64,000 bases of DNA. Source: a virus. The translations under genes and the position numbers were made by a program. Location of the stretch: positions 1 to 64,000 of the IMG/VR virus record IMGVR_UViG_3300028625_000001; one strand, given 5' to 3'. The notes under the pieces are model-generated. The model saw only the letters and a program-made list of their open reading frames with translations. It was not told where the DNA came from and made no database searches. Numbering within the stretch: the first letter of the stretch is position 1; every line of letters begins with the position of its first letter. Positions 61,401 through 64,000 of this stretch are shown here, piece after piece.

Positions 61401-61501
61401 ACCTTGATGATTATGTAGCGTCGGTAGTCCTGGCAACGCGAGAAAACTTCAGCGGGGAGTCGATAACGTTCAATTTTGATTTTGGCGTTTTGATTGAATA
61501 A
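58403..61501 (+). CDS. tail tip/baseplate hub protein candidate (1032 aa)
   Basis: ATGA overlap with the upstream stop. Large ORF second after the tape measure gene (positional call). Confidence 0.45.
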   Translation: MTYIGTQNFFNLKYKVEVYDGASWVEVRLGTGTLDRDVDYISSTLTLQGIDGAYWYRNSDPILGADDEPLLKAGRRIRVMRIWGKTNPISEQRFVGYIGTPKYDAKTRKVSVEAYCDLYWVLRSEVVFDTINRNNSTKRVVSFNGAYDETKTLLYSETTNWYDFAGPTGGLIRPRIQLTIPSAYSTKPYILGRLSNIKLEIKNPGPFLNDQVNIEMTTFLYVNGDEDARVAEVKTTINKSAKPNDVIEISLGDISFALTSYPSQIHLGADFELLEGCAIFTSLIPGLGNILAGCLYRYSYDLFITGYETTDDIITVDKTVVGDGIVLTIQDSSGSPKTIDESMFVGVKILSPFINPKTKDWFTTEELTDEQPTPTGLISEKEVLPGDQGFVLGALKGQIILPSTTIPNHIRDYVVYQKEWLLSDIIKNAIITAYLIDSNYSLQELLTDLLTRSGASNLSLTSTYPTLVKVGSYSIAKRTKFEDILRELKGGVLPRSYVLYSDTSGQVKDDVYSVSSASLRQFSRAKNRTPAERSPDELVTAYQITVGKVDSLEILKNKSYYVGLDSDNESFLKSVNNYGDSLFEKDLGGETTLYAFLQPDVIPRYIDLQFEYIQNDDPVEVSSQVFVALWEDLMDLSGPLSFSDLPWKNVGGQGSNTYLGSGLSTIDISGMISRPVAAIKIVLDIKGTVAFKRWFLYEDTETKHVELSPYPQNVPVKVAKYVWNGDEEPTGDDVSNIAATGYIDPIPGSTTYKLIATKHFLYSPSLSRFEIDTDRPVVGTSNKNILLPYEGLAVSNEKYMAAPFADNCNRNEAQYGLACGIFKARGEGLPRATISQIDVWRVGHMADQEQYTFPTKGDLSGTPKGVLIFTNESSDDSGIDHDIIYIESANMTYTAKKISFTLPTMVHILLVSSNLPGVLDKKVNAIAAFNYTSSQIPYISRDLGRNDAFLVDDGIMRYLMTYAAFDTITFNKESCPVTVPIDDSGNIVDFLDRVDIYDPDLDDYVASVVLATRENFSGESITFNFDFGVLIE

Positions 61502-61515
61502 GGGGGGATGGGTAA

Positions 61516-64000
61516 TGAACACCCTTGATAAATATGTTCAAAAACATATAGTGAAATACAGTGGCGCAGGCCCGATAAGTAAAGGCGGCGGGGCTTCTTC
61601 TAATCTATCTATGAGTCTTGACACTGCCGCACTCGCGGGCAGGATAGACGATATTGAAGAACAACTCAAGCTGATTGCCGCATCTCTTAAGAATTATCAT
61701 ACGCTTTCAATTACTTTCGAGAATATAGACCTCCCACTGGTAGATATACATGTCAGCGGAGGAATGGCGGTCTTAAGTGGCTATACAGAAGTTATACCTG
61801 AGACTACGATAACCGTAGACACTTCTTTGTGGGTTGCAGGAGTCAACAAGTATATCGTTTGGTATAACGGGACGATCGTTGTTGCCGATGAAATACTTGA
61901 GGGATATAAGTTACTTGCCTACATAATAATTCCCGAAGATTGGGACGGAACGGTAAGTAATTCATATAAAGACGGCGCGGCTTATATTTCTATTGCCGGA
62001 CCGATAGATGAACTCGATCCCTATTATGGAGAGGTACTGATCCTTGAGCTCGATGCGGAGGCCGGTCCTTTCTTCTGTATTGTCCATGCTTCGTGGGACC
62101 CCCTTGGATCTCCCGATGTTTCTCACTATATCCTTTCTTATACAATAGACGGGAATAACTGGGAGAATATAAGCACGGCGAACCCCGCGGCAAGCTTCGA
62201 GGCCCCGCACAACATCCAAGTCGCAGCCAAGGTCCAGGCCGTGTTCAATAATGGAAGAAAAACTCATTGGTCGGCGACAGAAATTATTCAGACCCCCGGC
62301 GACGACACCATTCCCCTGCCTGTAACAGGTCTTGAGGTCACAAGTCAGTTTGGAATAATTAAAGCTATCTGGGATGAGAGTACAGATATAGACTTTGATA
62401 CGTTTGAAATACAGGTAGCTAGAGACGATCAATTCACAGACCCGGAAGTCACTTTTACCACAAACACCAGCTATGCCTTTGCGGGAGAACCGGAAGCTAC
62501 TTACTATATAAGGGTAAGAGTTATAGACTACTCTAGCAATACTTCTTTGTGGTCTGACACTATAGAGATTGAAACGGTTATGGGCGACGGGAATACTCCC
62601 GCGGCCCCCACTGGGCTAACCCTCGTCCCAATTCTTGAAGACGAGACTTCATACATAACTGCTACGTGGGATAGGAACGAAGAATTAGATATAGTCAGTT
62701 ATGAATTAGCTATCAGCTATGACCAGACTAATTGGGTAGACTACCAGACGCCAAAAACAACCAAGACCATAGAAGTAGTCGGCGGAGTCACCCTTTACGC
62801 AAAAGTAAGGGCTTTAGACAATGAGGGGTTAGTCTCTGCATGGTCCGATATTGTAGAAACAACCACAGCACATGACACTGAAGCGCCTAATATTCCAGTA
62901 GGATTAACTATTACCAATAGTTTTGGTATAGTGTACTTTACCTGGACTGCCAATGGAGAAGCCGACTTTAGTCATTATATAATTCAGATATCTCAAACCG
63001 ATCAATTCTCTACCTATGACGAGGTTATCCAAAGGACAAATAGCTATAGTTTCTCAGGAATCCCGGGGACAACTTATTATGTAAGAATTAAGTCTGTGGA
63101 TTACTCCGGGAATGAGTCAGACTGGTCTTCAATCGCAAGCACGACGGTAACAGCCGGAGACGGGCAGCCGCCCGCGACCCCCACGGGGCTTAGTCTGACA
63201 ACCTATCTTCAATCTTATAGCAGCTATATAGAAGCGACATGGGATGAGAACGAAGAGGTAGACTTACTCGGTTATCAAATAGCCTGGTCGCTCGACCAGT
63301 TGAAATGGAATATACTGTCTGTCAATTCTCCAGAAGCAAATTTTTCTGTCCCGGGCAACAGCACAATCTATGTTAAGGTCAAAGCGCTTGATGTCGAAGG
63401 GTTGGCCTCTCAATGGAGCGACGCAGAAAGCATAACCAGCACAGAGGACGAAGAAGCCCCGGCAACCCCCGTTCTCTTATCAAACATTCCCCTTTACGCT
63501 AGGGCGTTGATAGAGATAGAAGAGCAGGAAGAGTCAGACTTTAGTCACTTTCTTGTCTCTTATAAAGATAGGAGCTTTACGACTTCTACAACCAACATCG
63601 AGATTCCCCTAGACCCTGGAGAATCAGGGGTGTCCGTCTCTATTAAAGCCGTCGATCTTAGCGGAAACGAGTCCCCGGCACTCGCGGTGTCCGCCTCCGC
63701 CAGAACATTGTCGGAAGCTGAAGAAGAGTTCTTTGAACTAATCAACAAGGTTCATGGAGGATCTACCAATACAGAGACTATAGCCTATATAACCGACGAT
63801 CTGGTAGACCATATGAACATCACAAAGCCGACGGCTTTTGATCGCTCCGGGCTACTTAAAGACGATGTATACGACACTATCGACAGGATAGACAACATAG
63901 ATTATGGAGATTTAACCCTCCCGATGGAAAGCGTCTTTGAGAGAATCGATACCGATTTTATAAGTGTCGGCAGCTCACTATTCGAGGCCCGCTCAAAGAT
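61516..64000 (+). CDS. tail fibre/host-recognition protein with tandem FN3-like modules (partial, at least 828 aa)
   Basis: I translated this from ATG 61516 (RBS AAGGGGGGA). The frame stays open to the window end, so it is missing from the ORF track. At least six ~90-aa modules with P-x-x-P-x-G-L...W...Y...Y-V-(K/R)-(V/I)...D-x-(S/E)-G-N/L-x-S-x-W-S. Confidence 0.7.

Noticed and set aside
1-64000. Integrase, excisionase, CI/Cro-type repressor pair, lysis cassette, rRNA and CRISPR-Cas
   Set aside because: I recognised no ORF with tyrosine or serine recombinase, endolysin or Cas motifs by eye. Absence from this window does not exclude them elsewhere in the genome.

Overview
This window looks like part of a tailed dsDNA phage, or phage-plasmid, genome at roughly 43-45% GC by eye. 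Almost all genes are on the + strand, tightly packed, and preceded by AAGGAGG/AAGGGGG ribosome-binding sites. From left to right I see: (1) a short minus-strand operon and two long non-coding regions (about 700-1620 and 2640-3830) with consensus sigma70 promoters and several repeat families; (2) an early region (3.8-19.1 kb) of small ORFs including an orphan DNA methyltransferase, a Cys-phosphatase, three YopX paralogs, a PD-(D/E)XK-like nuclease and ThyX; (3) a minus-strand block (19.1-23.2 kb) with a two-gene cassette and a ParA-type partition module flanked by 33-bp iterons; (4) a head module (terminase, portal, scaffold, capsid) and head-tail/tail genes (24.9-35.6 kb); (5) a 10.6-kb accessory island (35.6-46.2 kb) that splits the tail module; (6) a 3538-aa tape measure protein, distal tail proteins and a fibre-like protein made of FN3-like repeats that runs off the window. 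The island carries a tmRNA, three canonical tRNAs with encoded CCA (Gln, Met, Ser), at least eight aberrant tRNA-like genes, dTMP kinase, a lipoprotein/beta-barrel pair, and an IscB (OMEGA) RNA-guided nuclease. Three of the tRNA-like genes have 75-130 nt between D- and T-arm. The IscB omega-RNA scaffold abuts a truncated tRNA-Ile. A second copy of the omega-RNA plus the element's right end, without an ORF, lies 34 kb away at 6.85-7.2 kb. The most interesting signals are this two-guide IscB arrangement, the insertion-bearing and non-canonical tRNA-like RNAs, and a roughly 300-nt structured intergenic RNA candidate. I saw no rRNA, CRISPR array or integrase. All RNA folds and protein family calls were made by eye from motifs and need computational confirmation.
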